The notes under the pieces are model-generated. The model saw nothing but the letters and a program-made list of their open reading frames with translations. It had not been told where the DNA came from and did no database searches. This document shows positions 24,277 through 36,466 of a stretch of 64,000 nucleotides of DNA, in pieces. The DNA is taken from assembly GCF_037042905.1 (NCBI RefSeq), contig NC_087253.1:2108001-2172000 (forward strand). Direction: 5' to 3'. This stretch comes from Lytechinus pictus. Lineage: Eukaryota. The position numbers and the translations under genes are program-made. Position 1 is the stretch's first letter. Every line of letters starts with the position of its first letter.

Positions 24277-26359
24277 CTTAGAATAATTTTTCTTGGATTG
24301 GAGATTATTGAAAATAATGCGATTATCAATAAATTATCTGAATTGTTATCAATAAATTATCTGCACAATTCAAATCATGTCATGCATTTGTCTTTTTCAA
24401 AGAGCGCCATCAAATTCAAGGCCAGTCACAATATCTTCTCTAAACCAATTGTCGACAGTGACAAAATAAAAAGGGTAAGAAAAGAAAAGTACAACTGAAT
24501 GTGATAAACTTTATTGGTCTAAATATATGTACACAAATAAAAACGGCTATATAATTGGCATATACACATAAAGATGTAAAAGCGTTAACTTTTTCATAGA
24601 AATCGGGCAAGAAAATGAACAGGGAACACTCATAAAAAAACATTTTGAACTCAACATGAGAAAACCTGAACAGCTCTATACACACATTGATATAACATTT
24701 AAATAAATTAACAAAACAAAGTCTAAATGAAAACAAAACAAATACGATTTTATAGTATCATTACGTTTTCAAAAATTAAATCATACTTAAACATAATGAA
24801 GTTTCCCATCAAACTATAAGTAATATTACTATTCTTTAATGAATTTCTGTAATAAAATTTCGTTTTGATACAGCCAAGTACAGATAAAGGATCTTGAAAT
24901 TATCTTATAATTTACTGTCACATTCCAGGAATGCTGTCGTCATTCTGTTCTTCAGTTCAGTTTACTTATGTTTTTTTCTATGGTCTCCTCTAAAATGAGG
25001 TTGTTTCTTCACAGAGTAAAGAGCGTCGATCTAAAATGTAGTTTATCTAAGATGACTAAGTAATGTACTCGTATATGAAATTTATTGAGATGAATTTCAA
25101 ATTATCCAAAACAATATACCTTGAACTGTAAAATGCCTTGACCAAACATTTTTAGAAACTTTAACATGAATTTTCCCAGGACATCAATGAATAATTTCGA
25201 CAGTTCTTCAGGGGGGGGGGGGGGGGGGGCTGCGAGATGAAGGGAGATCAAAAAGGAGATTCTGTTTCAAACATGAGTGGTGAATGTAGTCCTCGTTCTT
25301 TAAATATGACATGCCACGTTCATAATCGATGCTAATTTAGTGTGCTAGGGCTAAACCTTCCCCAAAATGGAGTTTATCCAGATCTAGGTCCTGTTCTGGA
25401 TCATGGACCCGTTGAATAAAAGTTACCATTATTGTAACTTTGTCATCCAATGGTAACTTGTCTGGAATCCTTGATTTTGATTGGCTGTTGATCATCGTTA
25501 CAATGGTAGTTACCACTTGATAGCAAAGTTACCATAATGATAACTTTTATGCAAGGGGTCCTGGTCTTCGTATCTTGTGCAGAGTGATTCTAAAACTAAG
25601 GCCAATACAAATGATAAGGCTTGTTCTAAACTCCAGACTGTATTTCTTTCTTTTGGCTATTAAAACCGTTATATATTCTACGATTCATTCTGTATGCCTA
25701 GCACCTGGTCTAATTACTGTTTGGTTAAATGCAATTTCCTAATAGTTGCATTAAAATAACCTGAACATTTTGGAACAAATAGGTAATGTCAAACAGGGTA
25801 ACAAGAGAAATTACTACTACGTCAGAAGACAATGAAAGGAAAGTGTAAGTTGACAAAGTGGTTGCAAACAAACCAAAGTTAGGCCACTTGCAGAGGTCAA
25901 CTAATAATTATACCGAATGGCGTATACCATGTGTAAGTGTAACATTCCCAAGGGCATAATCAAAACAAATGAATCAGAAATTTTGCATCTGCATCGGTAA
26001 GATGCAGAGCCTGACAACCTAGACAACCATCTTGCATCTATTATCAAGTAATATTCCGACATTTACATGAAATGCTTTGTTACTGCATCATCATCAACAT
26101 GGATATCACAGAGGTATTATCCTCGATATTTTAATTTCAGATCAAATGTACTGCATTTAGAAGATCTATATTCATTTCACAAAGCTGGGGCCCGTTTGAT
26201 AATCAGTTACAACTATTGGAGCTTTGCTATTTTGTCTACTACCATGGCAACAGGTCTAGTATCATAATGGCCAAGTTACCACAATAACTGGTCGTTATTG
26301 AACCGGACCATTGCTGAGGTAATAAATGTATAGCGAGGAAATTTCTCAATATATAAAAA

Positions 26360-26722
26360 TTGCCAATTCGTCTACTTCCAACTCGTCTACTCACCACATG
26401 GTCTATCTTCACTTAGTCTAATGCCATTCCGTCCATCAACGTTTTGTATACCAACCATTTGGTCCAAACATCACTTCGTCTATGACCATTTCGTCTCATA
26501 ACTAGTTGGTCTAATATTCGATTTATTTTCATTCATTTCCCCAATCAACACTTGGTCTAATTAGACCAAATGGTATAAGGACTAATTGGCTATTGGACCA
26601 ACTGGTTATTAGACAAAATGGCAATTAGACCATGTGGATATTGGACGAACTAATGGTAGACCAAATGATGGTAGACCAGATGGCAATTGGACAAATTGGC
26701 ATTGGACCAAATTAAAATAAAC
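26360..26722. mobile_element. Foldback-type element built of about 15-bp subrepeats
   Basis: The left arm has CCATTTCGTCTA-like repeats and the right arm has the complementary TAGACCAAATGG-like repeats. An inverted homologue lies at 55846-56224 and a fragment near 33990-34070. Confidence 0.75.
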
Positions 26723-26919
26723 CAATTTGTTCTTCACCCATGCTACAAACATCTTTTTCTCAGTGAGTCTTTAGTTAGTGGCACTAAGCAGCTCTGTTCT
26801 TTCACCGACATAATTATGCTACACTACCTGTCAATAATATGAATTTTGTTGAAAATGAGGGTAGCACCTTAATTTGCCAGGGAACTGACAGATATCCTGA
26901 TAATGCTCACTATGCTAAA

Positions 26920-28563
26920 TTACACTAAAGTCTCTGCAATATTGTACACCATTTGTTCTGAATCGTCTTGACTGTGAAGTGAGCTCAGTCCGGTGTCTGA
27001 GCTAGAGTCCGTGTCACATGACCTCGACGGCGATTTCCTATTGGTCATATCAATCGGTGAGAAGTCATGGTCAATACCCTGATCGAGGCTCGATTCCATT
27101 GAGCTGTTCTTACTGCGCATGTTCACCGGGCTTGAATGATTCTGTTCCACGCATACGCGGATTTCGTCATCTTCAGTCGACCTTTCATGGACATCCTTCT
27201 CCAGTTGTGCTAATTCATTGGTCAGTTTGTTCAATCGATCACATTTATCGTTATAAACTTTCTCAGTCTCGTGGAGCTCACCTTGCAAAGTGTCAATCTC
27301 ACTGCATTTCGCTACGGATGCTTGTGCGGACCGTTCTAACTGCGTTCTTGCAACGCCTATATCCTTCGCCGCTCGGTTTTGCGTTAACTTTGTACTACAA
27401 GCACCTCGTTTCTTTTCATACCGTCTCGGTCTCGTGCTAGGTTTTATTTCACTCATATCAGTAGGGTCAGCCTGCTGCTCAGAGGTTTCCTGAAATATTT
27501 CCTGGGCCAAATCGGAAACGACATCCTGAGTTTGTCTTAATTGTTCATCTGCGTGAAAGAGTCTGTCGCAGAGTGCCGTGTACTCCTCCAGATCACGAAT
27601 GGCTACTTCGTGAGGAGCTGAAGGAACCCGCGTGTTTGGATCAGGACTCTGATCTCCCAAGCTCAAATGTCCAAAGGATTTGGCAAAGTGACCCGCACTA
27701 TTGCCTTCAGCCGCCTCACCATCATTACCTGAACCTGATAGATAAGCTTCTTGAACATAATTCCTGCCATCAGCATGCATTCTAAAATTGTGCAGCCTTG
27801 TTTCATACATATCAATATCGGTGTCTACAGATGATATTGTTTCTAGGAGATTGTGCAACTGGTGACTCTGCTTTAAGATCCTCTGGATGAGGGCCTCAGA
27901 GTCTTGTTCGTTTAACAGGAGTTTCGCCTTCCCTTCGACTTCCTCTGCGAGTGTTGTTGGACCCTCTGCTGTGACTTTCCCGCTTGAACTGGATGTCGAA
28001 GCGCTAGAATCACAATCTAACGGCGGCGGGCACAGAATGCGGACGTCAGAGAAACCAACGTCACTCTCATCCGCCCAACTTCGTCTTCGCTTTTCCTTTT
28101 TCTTACTTTCGCGATTAACCCGACCTTCACCACTGCTAGTCTTTTTCTTCAGGTCAAAGGCTACAATCCCTTCTTTAAGGTTGTACTGTCCCTGGCTCTT
28201 CATCTGTTTGGTCTTTTCTCTGAGCTTAATCCCACCACTTTCACCGTCAACTTCACTGTCTAAGCTGTTACGACGTTTAGAAATAGCAACGCTCTTCCTC
28301 AGCGTGAACTTAACGTTGTCACGCTCAGCTCCCCACGCCTTCCATAGCTTATACATCCGCGTCCGTGGGCTCAGCTGACGCTCGCATCCCCGCCACTTCT
28401 CGAAGAGGGCGTAACACTCAAGATTCGCAGGAGACAGTTCGCACTTTGAAAGTTTGTAACGGTCTTGAAGGAGAATTGCGATGACATCCTCGCATCTGGT
28501 GTGACGGTTGAGGCCTCCGACGATCTTCTCCTTGCCACCCACCCAGACCGGCAACTCGTTCAT
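26920..28563 (-). CDS. RASSF10: N-terminal Ras-association domain protein, RASSF9/RASSF10-like, 547 aa, single coding exon
   Basis: N-terminal RA domain (ELPVWVGGKEKIVGGLNRHTRCEDVIAILL...YALFEKWRGCERQLSPRTRMYKLWKAWG), coiled-coil segments, C-terminal DSSSDTGLSSLHS motif and terminal ETLV. Minus-strand acceptor at 28629-28630 precedes the ATG. RASSF9 and RASSF10 orthology cannot be separated by eye. Confidence 0.9.
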   Translation of the reverse strand: MNELPVWVGGKEKIVGGLNRHTRCEDVIAILLQDRYKLSKCELSPANLECYALFEKWRGCERQLSPRTRMYKLWKAWGAERDNVKFTLRKSVAISKRRNSLDSEVDGESGGIKLREKTKQMKSQGQYNLKEGIVAFDLKKKTSSGEGRVNRESKKKEKRRRSWADESDVGFSDVRILCPPPLDCDSSASTSSSSGKVTAEGPTTLAEEVEGKAKLLLNEQDSEALIQRILKQSHQLHNLLETISSVDTDIDMYETRLHNFRMHADGRNYVQEAYLSGSGNDGEAAEGNSAGHFAKSFGHLSLGDQSPDPNTRVPSAPHEVAIRDLEEYTALCDRLFHADEQLRQTQDVVSDLAQEIFQETSEQQADPTDMSEIKPSTRPRRYEKKRGACSTKLTQNRAAKDIGVARTQLERSAQASVAKCSEIDTLQGELHETEKVYNDKCDRLNKLTNELAQLEKDVHERSTEDDEIRVCVEQNHSSPVNMRSKNSSMESSLDQGIDHDFSPIDMTNRKSPSRSCDTDSSSDTGLSSLHSQDDSEQMVYNIAETLV

Positions 28564-28716
28564 CTTGAAGGTTGGATGTTAGCGCTCTAGAGAGGGCGTC
28601 TCTCTTCCGACCAACACCATGGGGATATCTACATGACAAAAATAAAGAAAGAAAGGGGAAATAATAAGAAACATGATTTGAATTCAAATGTTGGTAAAGT
28701 ACCAATGACAATATCA

Positions 28717-29222
28717 TTTAGACCATGTACAGAAACTAGAAAGAATCCAGAAAAGAGTTTGTAAAATTATCTTAGGTAAAAGTTACTCAACTTATGAAGA
28801 TGCTTTAAAACGATGCAAACTGGATACACTAAAAGATAGACGTGAACAATTATGCTCTGATTTTGCAGTATCTGTAAGCAAAAATCCACATTGTAAAAAC
28901 TGGTTACCGGAAAGGAACGTTGTTGGCATGACTTTACGCAATAAACAAAAGTATAAGCAATACAAATGCAGGACCTCCCGTTTTAAACATAGTGCAATAC
29001 CGTATTTTATTGATCTTCTTAATAACTTGTAAAGTGTATATTTTCATTGTAATTCATTGTATACTGGAATTTTTTTAATGTACCATTAGTTTTATCATTA
29101 TTACATAATTGTTTTATGCTACATGTGCAATTGTTATACTTTTGTAAATACATACATTTCGGCTTTTTAGCTGCAGTATGTGTATGACTGTTTTACTGGA
29201 AATAAATAAACCATGAAATGAA
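28717..29222 (+). mobile_element. 5'-truncated LINE 3' end with candidate 7-bp TSD AATATCA
   Basis: ORF2 C-terminal remnant (YEDALKRCKLDTLKDRREQLC...CRTSRFKHSAIPYFIDLLN), AATAAA plus (ATGAA) tail. AATATCA occurs at 28710-28716 and 29223-29229. Confidence 0.8.
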
Positions 29223-29834
29223 AATATCAAATCAGGCGAAGATAAACAAAAGAAACAACATAAGAATCATTTTGATGAGAGTCAGCTAGGTAGGTATCAA
29301 TGTTAGCTTCGTGTTGCCTCGATCTTGAAGTCAGGCTGCATATTTCACAGACAAATCAAAATTCCAAATCTGTCCGAGATGTAAAATTCCATTACTTACT
29401 TATTGAGTACAACATCCAATAAAAATAAAGACGAATGGAATGTGAAATGTTCTATCCTCAGGTCGACAAGATACGGAATAAAGTTTGAAAAGATCTCAGG
29501 TCCTCGTAACACAAAGGTTAACGATTAATCGCTAATTTGAAATAACAGTTTTGATTTGTTCCTCGTCAGTCTACTGAGCAAAATGTGTAGACAACTATGA
29601 TAGGACGTTGCATTTAGCGATTAATTGCTAACCATTGTGTAACCGGGCCCATGTCAACAATTAATGACCTTTTCTTTGAGCTATACTTCCGACAAAAAAG
29701 TAGGTAAATGCCCGGAAACCTCCAAAATGGTTCACTCCACGTTCAGCACCAGTTATAGCCCTTCAATTTGTCAATACGTGTCACAGCATTTGACGATTGT
29801 TCATATCTCGTATAATTGATTGTTTTGGGGTAAC

Positions 29835-32800
29835 ATGGTAAGTTATTGCTTATACGTTTGTATCGAAAGTAAATTGTGATCAGTTATTGTAAGTCCCCAA
29901 ATAAATAATGATTCTTGTATAATTGCATATTTTCCATTATTGGCTGCGTGCTTCGAGTGTACTTAATGATTTTTCTTCATATTTTTTAAACGGATTTATA
30001 TACTGAAGTAAAAATAGATTTATCAATTGCTAAATTACAAGTCATAATTGCATTCAATCACACATTGATTTCCTGCTGCGGGTCACTTTAGCTTATTCGC
30101 CTCAGTTACACTGACACGAAAGTGCATTTTTAGCACGGGCTGGTGCTAAAATTATACTTATCGATATCTTTGAAACCACACCAAGTTTGCAACCGATTGC
30201 GACAATTTGTTGAATGCATTTCATTTTAATCAAACCGATTCGAAATAATTACAAAGATTAAAATAATGACGGATGTAATGCGATTTTCATCATGTTTCAA
30301 AAGTGTAACATGACTTAAAACATAAACGACCGAGCAAGTACAACAGAATAGTTTAGTGACTTAATTCAATAAGAGATATGTCGGTGTTAATCTTGAATTA
30401 TACTTGACATTGTCTGCGTGACAGAATTTAGAAACGAAACTTAAAACTGAACGTATAATATTTCTCGTAAACAGGTGGATCAATTGACGAAAGAGCAGAT
30501 TGAAGGTAGGAATCTGATTCCCTTTTTTTATTTACTATTTCATGTGATTCCGTTTTATTTTTCAAGAACCTTGTAAGTTGTAAGCTAATGAAACATTTAA
30601 GAGAACAAATTTATGTTGCAGTTGAATTATTATGACATTTGTATCGGGAAGGGGGTGGGCATAGGCAGTCGATGGCGGAGAACTGGAGGACCCCAGAGGG
30701 GTGTGGCAGGCCTCTTACATACACTTTTTTTTTTTCAAATTCCCCTTCCCCTAACAGATAAAAAAAATATCTCGCGTATTGCCATTATGTTACGTATATA
30801 CAGTGGTGTTCAAAAGTTCGTGAATCCCACCAGAAAATGAATGTGTTCAAGTTCTGCCATGCTTTTAGATATTCAATTGTGAAGTCAGGTGATAAAATAC
30901 ATTCAATAAAGTTTGTTTCTCCAGGCTCGAAGAACATTGTAGTGTCGTTGTTTACATTCAACTGTTCAACAATCAGCCTGAAGAAGTCCATTTTGTGATG
31001 AAGTTCACTAACTTCTTACCACAACTGTACATGTTGGAGCTCTGCAGCAGAATTTCTCTTACTAGGTTTCAACACCAATACAAGCACTAAGCTTGATCAC
31101 TCACTGGTTAGTCTTGTCCCCGGAGGCGCGTAGCCAGGGGGGGGGGGTGGTGGGGGCGGTCGCCCCCCCCAAAACGTCCCCAAAAAGAAAAAAAAAGAAG
31201 GGAAAAAAGAGGGGAGAAAAGGAAAAGGGAAGGGAGGAAAGGGAAGAAAGGTAGCTTTGTGTTTTTTTTTTCTTTAATTTTTTTTTCTCAAAAGAGAAAC
31301 TCCTTCTCTCTTGCTCTAAATTTATATATGAATTTTGCTTCCGCGCGGCGCGCGGTTAAATGATAATATTGAAGTTCTCCATTGTTTCCCCCACCCTTTC
31401 TCTAACCCTGTTTTTCCACCTCAGCTATATGTGTTTCTTGCCAGTTAAAGTTCAAATGTATACATTAGGGCATATAATTAGAGTAAGGTTAGGCCGAAGT
31501 ATATGAAGTTATCTTTTTTTTAATTGATTGCGCAACTTCTGGACGGGTCGGCCCTAGGCGGGTAAAATCTTTATATCAATTTCTGCCGTCACCTCCATAA
31601 AGTCAACTTCTCCTGCTTTTCAGCTCATTACTAAACAACCATAATTTGGGGGCAAACAGGTTCCTAATTTGAAAAGAGGAAGGTATAAAATTCGTGTCGT
31701 ATTAGATAATAAAGTACAATATTTATTATCAAATTCTATTAAACTTCATGTCATTTCCCTGCACATTCATCTCCTGTCCTGTTTTGCGCACTCAGTTTGA
31801 AATTTTGAATGACACTTAGGGTTCTTTATAATTCAAAATGAAGCGCTTCAGGATAAGTCAAAGAAATTAGGCATCCTTTTTTATATAATTTCAATGAATC
31901 ACAGAAGTTTCAACTTTTTGCGCACTATTTTCCTTGTAATGAAGTTCAATAATCTTAGAAAATCAATCGAATTAGACCCGATGGGGTATTAGAGATATGA
32001 TGAAACGTCCGCCCTTTGAAACTTCAGAGTTTCATTGCTCTGCGCGGGGAGGAATATCTTCCTCCCGGCATATACACTTCTTCTCCTCTGTTTTGCGAGT
32101 TATGCACTGTCGCTAAATTGTTTGTAATCAAATCTGATCTTTCCAAGGGAAGTATTCAATATATCTTTGAAAATACCCTTTTATCGGGACTCATGGCAGA
32201 AAAAAATTGAAAAAACGCTTTAGCTTCCGCGTGAAGCGTGGTTATTATTTTTTAATTTCCTCCATTTTATTCCCTTTTTATGCGTTCGCTCACAATCACT
32301 TTTGAAAACAAGGTTCATGAAAAAAAGGTTAAAAATCACAATATTGTCAACTGAATTGGAGGTGATATAGGTACTAGTGACAAGAGAGACGGCTCCTTTT
32401 CATTTTGATTTATGAAACACCAAAAGCTTCGCGCTTCGCGCGGGAGGGGGAAACTCCCCCTCCCTGCATCCACCCCCTAGGGAGCGCGCTTCGCGCGCTC
32501 TGTAAGTGTTGGCACGCTTCGCGTGCGATTACCGCCGCCTCCAAAATGAAATCCTGGCTACGCGGTTGCGGGGGGGGGGGGGCACTTCCATTGACGAGTG
32601 GATACCATGCGCGACCATGGGGTCTCGAAAAGCACCCTAAACAGATATTTCCCATATACTGAAAATGCACCCCTTAACAAGTATTGGCGTGGGGGCGTGT
32701 GAAACCATACCCTTAACAATTAAGTATTGGAAACAAAACGATACCCTTAGCAAGTATTCCCTGAAATAAACCCTTAAACAAGTACAGGAATATTTCATTG

Positions 32801-35328
32801 TTATGCCACGGGTCCTTCGGTCGTTGGTTTTACCTTAATTTACACATCATTTGGTTTAGTACGACCCCACCTTCCACACCTCGTGTAAATCGGACTCTAA
32901 ACACGTAGTGTTGGGGCAAAAAGGACATCCGTTATAAAACATTTTAATTTTGTTTTATCATCCCCGCAAATTTGACCCTAAACTCGTAACTTTTCTAGCG
33001 AAATAGATACCCTTTTTTCATTATTTTGGTGTTTTTGACACCCTTATCACGTTACGTACGTAACGTGCCCTATCTTGAAAAAGACATCCCTTTTACGTGT
33101 TTTTTGGTCGCGCATGGTATCCACTCGTCAATGTAAGTGGCCCCCCGGGGTCTTGTCAGGACTTGGAGGCTACACTAAAACAAGTACGACCTTCTTCCAA
33201 TAATCATGATATTCAATGTTCTCTATTAACAGAATACAGAGAGGCATTCGCCATCTTTGACAAGAACGGCGACGGTATCATCACAACCAAGGAACTGGGA
33301 GAAGTGATGACGTCATTTGGGGAATTCCCGAATGAAGGGGAGCTGAGAGAAATGGTTAACGAGATCGACGTTGATGGTATCATACAATATTGTATACCAT
33401 GTTTAGTATACTTATTTCCAAATATTCCGTCAAACTCTATACGATGAACATTAATTGTGGGTTCACTTGATAGTTACCAACGTGAGTTATAAAAAGTAAG
33501 CCTCTAATGTTTATAAATTTTCTTTCATCCACTTTGTTTCTATGACCTTTCGGATAAAACAAACTGAAATAAAACGCCCGACAAACCATGTCATGAAACG
33601 CTCCCTTGTTGAATGCCATTATATATCCTACTACCGAGACTATCCTTAAACCAAGAGGCTGAACTTGCTGGCGTAATTCCTCCGTTCAAAATTTTATGGC
33701 AAACCATTTCCATCGCTTTCATTATCGGTTCCATATATCACAGAGTTCGAACAAGCATTCTTGTAATGATTAATGACAATTTGCAATCCAATTCTCTTTT
33801 TTTTTTCGATAAAGGAAACGGTGAGATCGATTTTGCCGACTTTCTTTCCTTGATGGCCCGACCTATCACCGATGTACACACGGAACAAGAAATCAAAGAG
33901 GCTTTTAGAGAATTTGATAAGGACGGTGATGGATTTATAAGGTAAGGTCAATGTCTCATCTGTACACTTCCAACCCATGATTCTTCGTGTCTACCAGCAG
34001 TTGGCTTACTTCCCAAATCGTCTTATACCATGTTTACCGCATGGGCTAAATCACCTTGGTCTACTACCAATGTTAAGATTGAAACATTTGAAAGATTTGA
34101 ACGAAGAGATACATAATTTCGTTATTTTATGTTACTGTTACATTATTTTCAATTTGCCCCTACTGTCTCAGATATGCGACCGTGTCCTGGGCTCTCTTTC
34201 TTATGTCTAATTCAATGTATAAAATGTATCTGTAGGCCTACTGTTAATTTCAACGTTTCCTTTATTGCATTTCGTTCAATAAAGTAACGCAAAACAACCG
34301 TTGATCGTGCTAAATCATGTAAACCTATCCTATAATTTACAATCTGATACATAACTTAAAAAAGGAACCTAAGGTTATTCATTAACATATGCTTGTACAC
34401 TGTCTCTGCATTACGCAAGTGTTACAGATTTCCGTAACGTGATGACGACGGTCGCCGATACCCTGACTGAAGAAGAGCTCGAGGAGATGATTGAGGAGGC
34501 TGACGCTCACGGCCAAGGTCAGATCAACTACGAAGGTAAGACATTCATTGAGATATTTCGATATCTATATTTTAATTAACAGTGAATGTGAGAGTTTCGT
34601 AGCGGTTCCGACTCTCACCTTGTAATCAGAGGGTCGTGTGTTGTAACTCCACAACGACCTAGCCTAAATCCGCACTTTGCCACTTTTCACCCACGTGTTG
34701 GTACCCGTTAGGAAGCGAAAGCCTATATGTGCATAATTATAGTATGCCTACCAACGTGTAATGACCTATCTCGTCTTTTCTGATGGTGAAAATGACGAGT
34801 TTACATAATTAAGTTACAAAAGTAACCTAATTGAATAGCGCCACCTGTAGGAAATGATGTGAAATGCCGTGCAAAATTTGGAATCCAAAATCGACTCATT
34901 GTTGGTAACGAAATTTGGGGGATGAACAAGACTAGTAATCTTGTATAAAGTAAGCAAGAACTCGGAACGCAAGCTAGGAGGGGAGAGTATTCACCATGCA
35001 TGCTTCACCCGCGTCAGTTATTAAGCTACAAAAACAAAATCTTATTTATGATTTCTGCTAAAAATAGACTTCCAGTTTATGTAGTGATCGGCCGATAGAA
35101 TATGTCTAAAAAGTACAGCTCGCGAGCGCTTTATGTTCACATTATAGGTATTATGGTATCAAAGAAATAAAGATCTTGGGGAAAATGCACTTACACTCAC
35201 AAGTATATCAAAAGTAGACAAATAATAATTGCCTTAATTGATCTCAAAATTGTGTATCACCTTTTTGCCCATTTTTCTTTCTTTCTTTTTCATCATCAGA
35301 TTTTGCAAAGACTATCGCAGAAATGTGA
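29835..35328 (+). CDS. Divergent calmodulin-like EF-hand protein, 149 aa; coding exons 29835-29837 (ATG), 30475-30505, 33233-33376, 33815-33941, 34420-34535, 35300-35328
   Basis: Spliced product [149 protein letters not shown] is exactly calmodulin length. ATG|GTAAGT first intron and the 31-nt and 144-nt exons match canonical calmodulin gene structure. Confidence 0.9.
30801..31100. mobile_element. Tc1/mariner-like terminal remnant
   Basis: TA followed by CAGTGGTGTTCAAAAGTT, a typical Tc1 TIR start. No matching right TIR seen; the end is approximate. Confidence 0.5.
31119..33149. mobile_element. Non-autonomous DNA transposon with 8-bp TSD GTCTTGTC, interrupted by a second element
   Basis: GTCTTGTC at 31111-31118 and 33150-33157. 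TIRs CCCGG..GGGCACTTCCATTGACGAGTGGATACCATGCGCGACCA / TGGTCGCGCATGGTATCCACTCGTCAATGTAAGTGGCCCCCCGGG. Confidence 0.85.
31124..32568. mobile_element. hAT-like non-autonomous element nested in the left TIR of the previous element
   Basis: Termini AGGCGCGTAGCCAGG...CCTGGCTACGCGGTTG and subterminal GCGCTTCGCGC repeats. Its own TSD is not recognisable. Confidence 0.7.
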
Positions 35329-35456
35329 GGAGATACACTCGGTTACACATTCATTACATTGGATGGAAATCCCTCGTTAATGATGATCTAAGAATGTTCA
35401 TCTGGATGCGAACTCTCATTATTGACTGCATGTGGTACTTAGCGTACCTTTCTTAA

Positions 35457-36034
35457 AGGACAAGTCCACCCCGACAAAATATTGATTTCAATAAAAAGAG
35501 AAAAGTTTAACAAGCATAACATTGAAAATTTCATCTAAATCGGATGCAAAACAAGAAAGTTATGACATTTTAAAGTTTCGCTTAATTTCACAAAACAGTT
35601 ATATTTACATCCTGGTCTGTATGCAAATGAGGAGACTGATGACATCATCCACTCTCTATTTCTTTTGTATTTTATTATATTCTAATTTTCTCATTATTGT
35701 CAAGTGAAACAACGAGTAATTCCTCCCTCAACATGTGGAATTAGCATTGTTTGATACTAAATGGGTCCCTCACGTTGATCCTTATTGTCAAATCTGTACA
35801 AAATTAAATATTGTATAATTCAAACGACAAAATAAATAGTGAGGGACATCATCGTCTGTCTCATTTGCATGACACTGAGTTGTGCATATAACTGTTTCGT
35901 GAAAAATAAGCGAAACTTGAAAATGTTATAACTTCGTTATTTTACATCCGATTTCGATGAAATTTTCAGTGTTATGCTAGTTTGATTTTTCCGTATTTTT
36001 TCAAATTAACATTCTTCTGGGGTGGACTTGACCT
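35457..36034. mobile_element. Kolobok-like MITE, family A
   Basis: TTAA-AGGACAAGTCCACCCC...GGGGTGGACTTGACCT-TTAA. Confidence 0.9.
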
Positions 36035-36271
36035 TTAATATTGTTCACATATCATATTATTTAAACGACATGCTCAAACCTGTTCAATTAACTAATCACA
36101 GGTGAAGATTACTAGTTTATCGGTTCTAAGTAATGCATTTTTATTTGCTGAAAACCAGGCCTACATCGATTTGTTTCTTTTAGCATGTTTAGTGAACAAT
36201 AGGAACTTGTACATGAATACATCGGCAAAGCAGTGCTGATGCATGTAGGCATACTATCTTATAACTTGATA

Positions 36272-36466
36272 CACTCTTAAACATGTTGGGCAACATACTG
36301 TCCACACAACATTTGGTTAAAACCTTATCCAATTCTGAGTAGTTTTAAACCAATAATGTGTGATTTGGGTAAAAACTGCACAGTATTGGTTGAAAACTAC
36401 CCAGAGTTGGATATTCCTTTAACCAATTGTTGCGTGGACAGTATTTTGCCCAACATTTTAAGAGTG
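36272..36466. mobile_element. Short palindromic MITE with CAC...GTG termini
   Basis: CACTCTTAAACATGTTGGGCAA...TTGCCCAACATTTTAAGAGTG. Confidence 0.8.

Noticed and set aside
23921-24329. His-rich, Thr-rich and Asp/Gly-rich ORFs
   Set aside because: Translations of a CAC/CAT microsatellite.
26360-26722. Short periodic repeats superficially like a CRISPR array
   Set aside because: Eukaryotic context, degenerate units with no unique spacers, inverted arms; a foldback transposon.
27018-28378. Plus-strand ORFs of 140 and 163 aa
   Set aside because: Antisense shadows of the RASSF coding exon.
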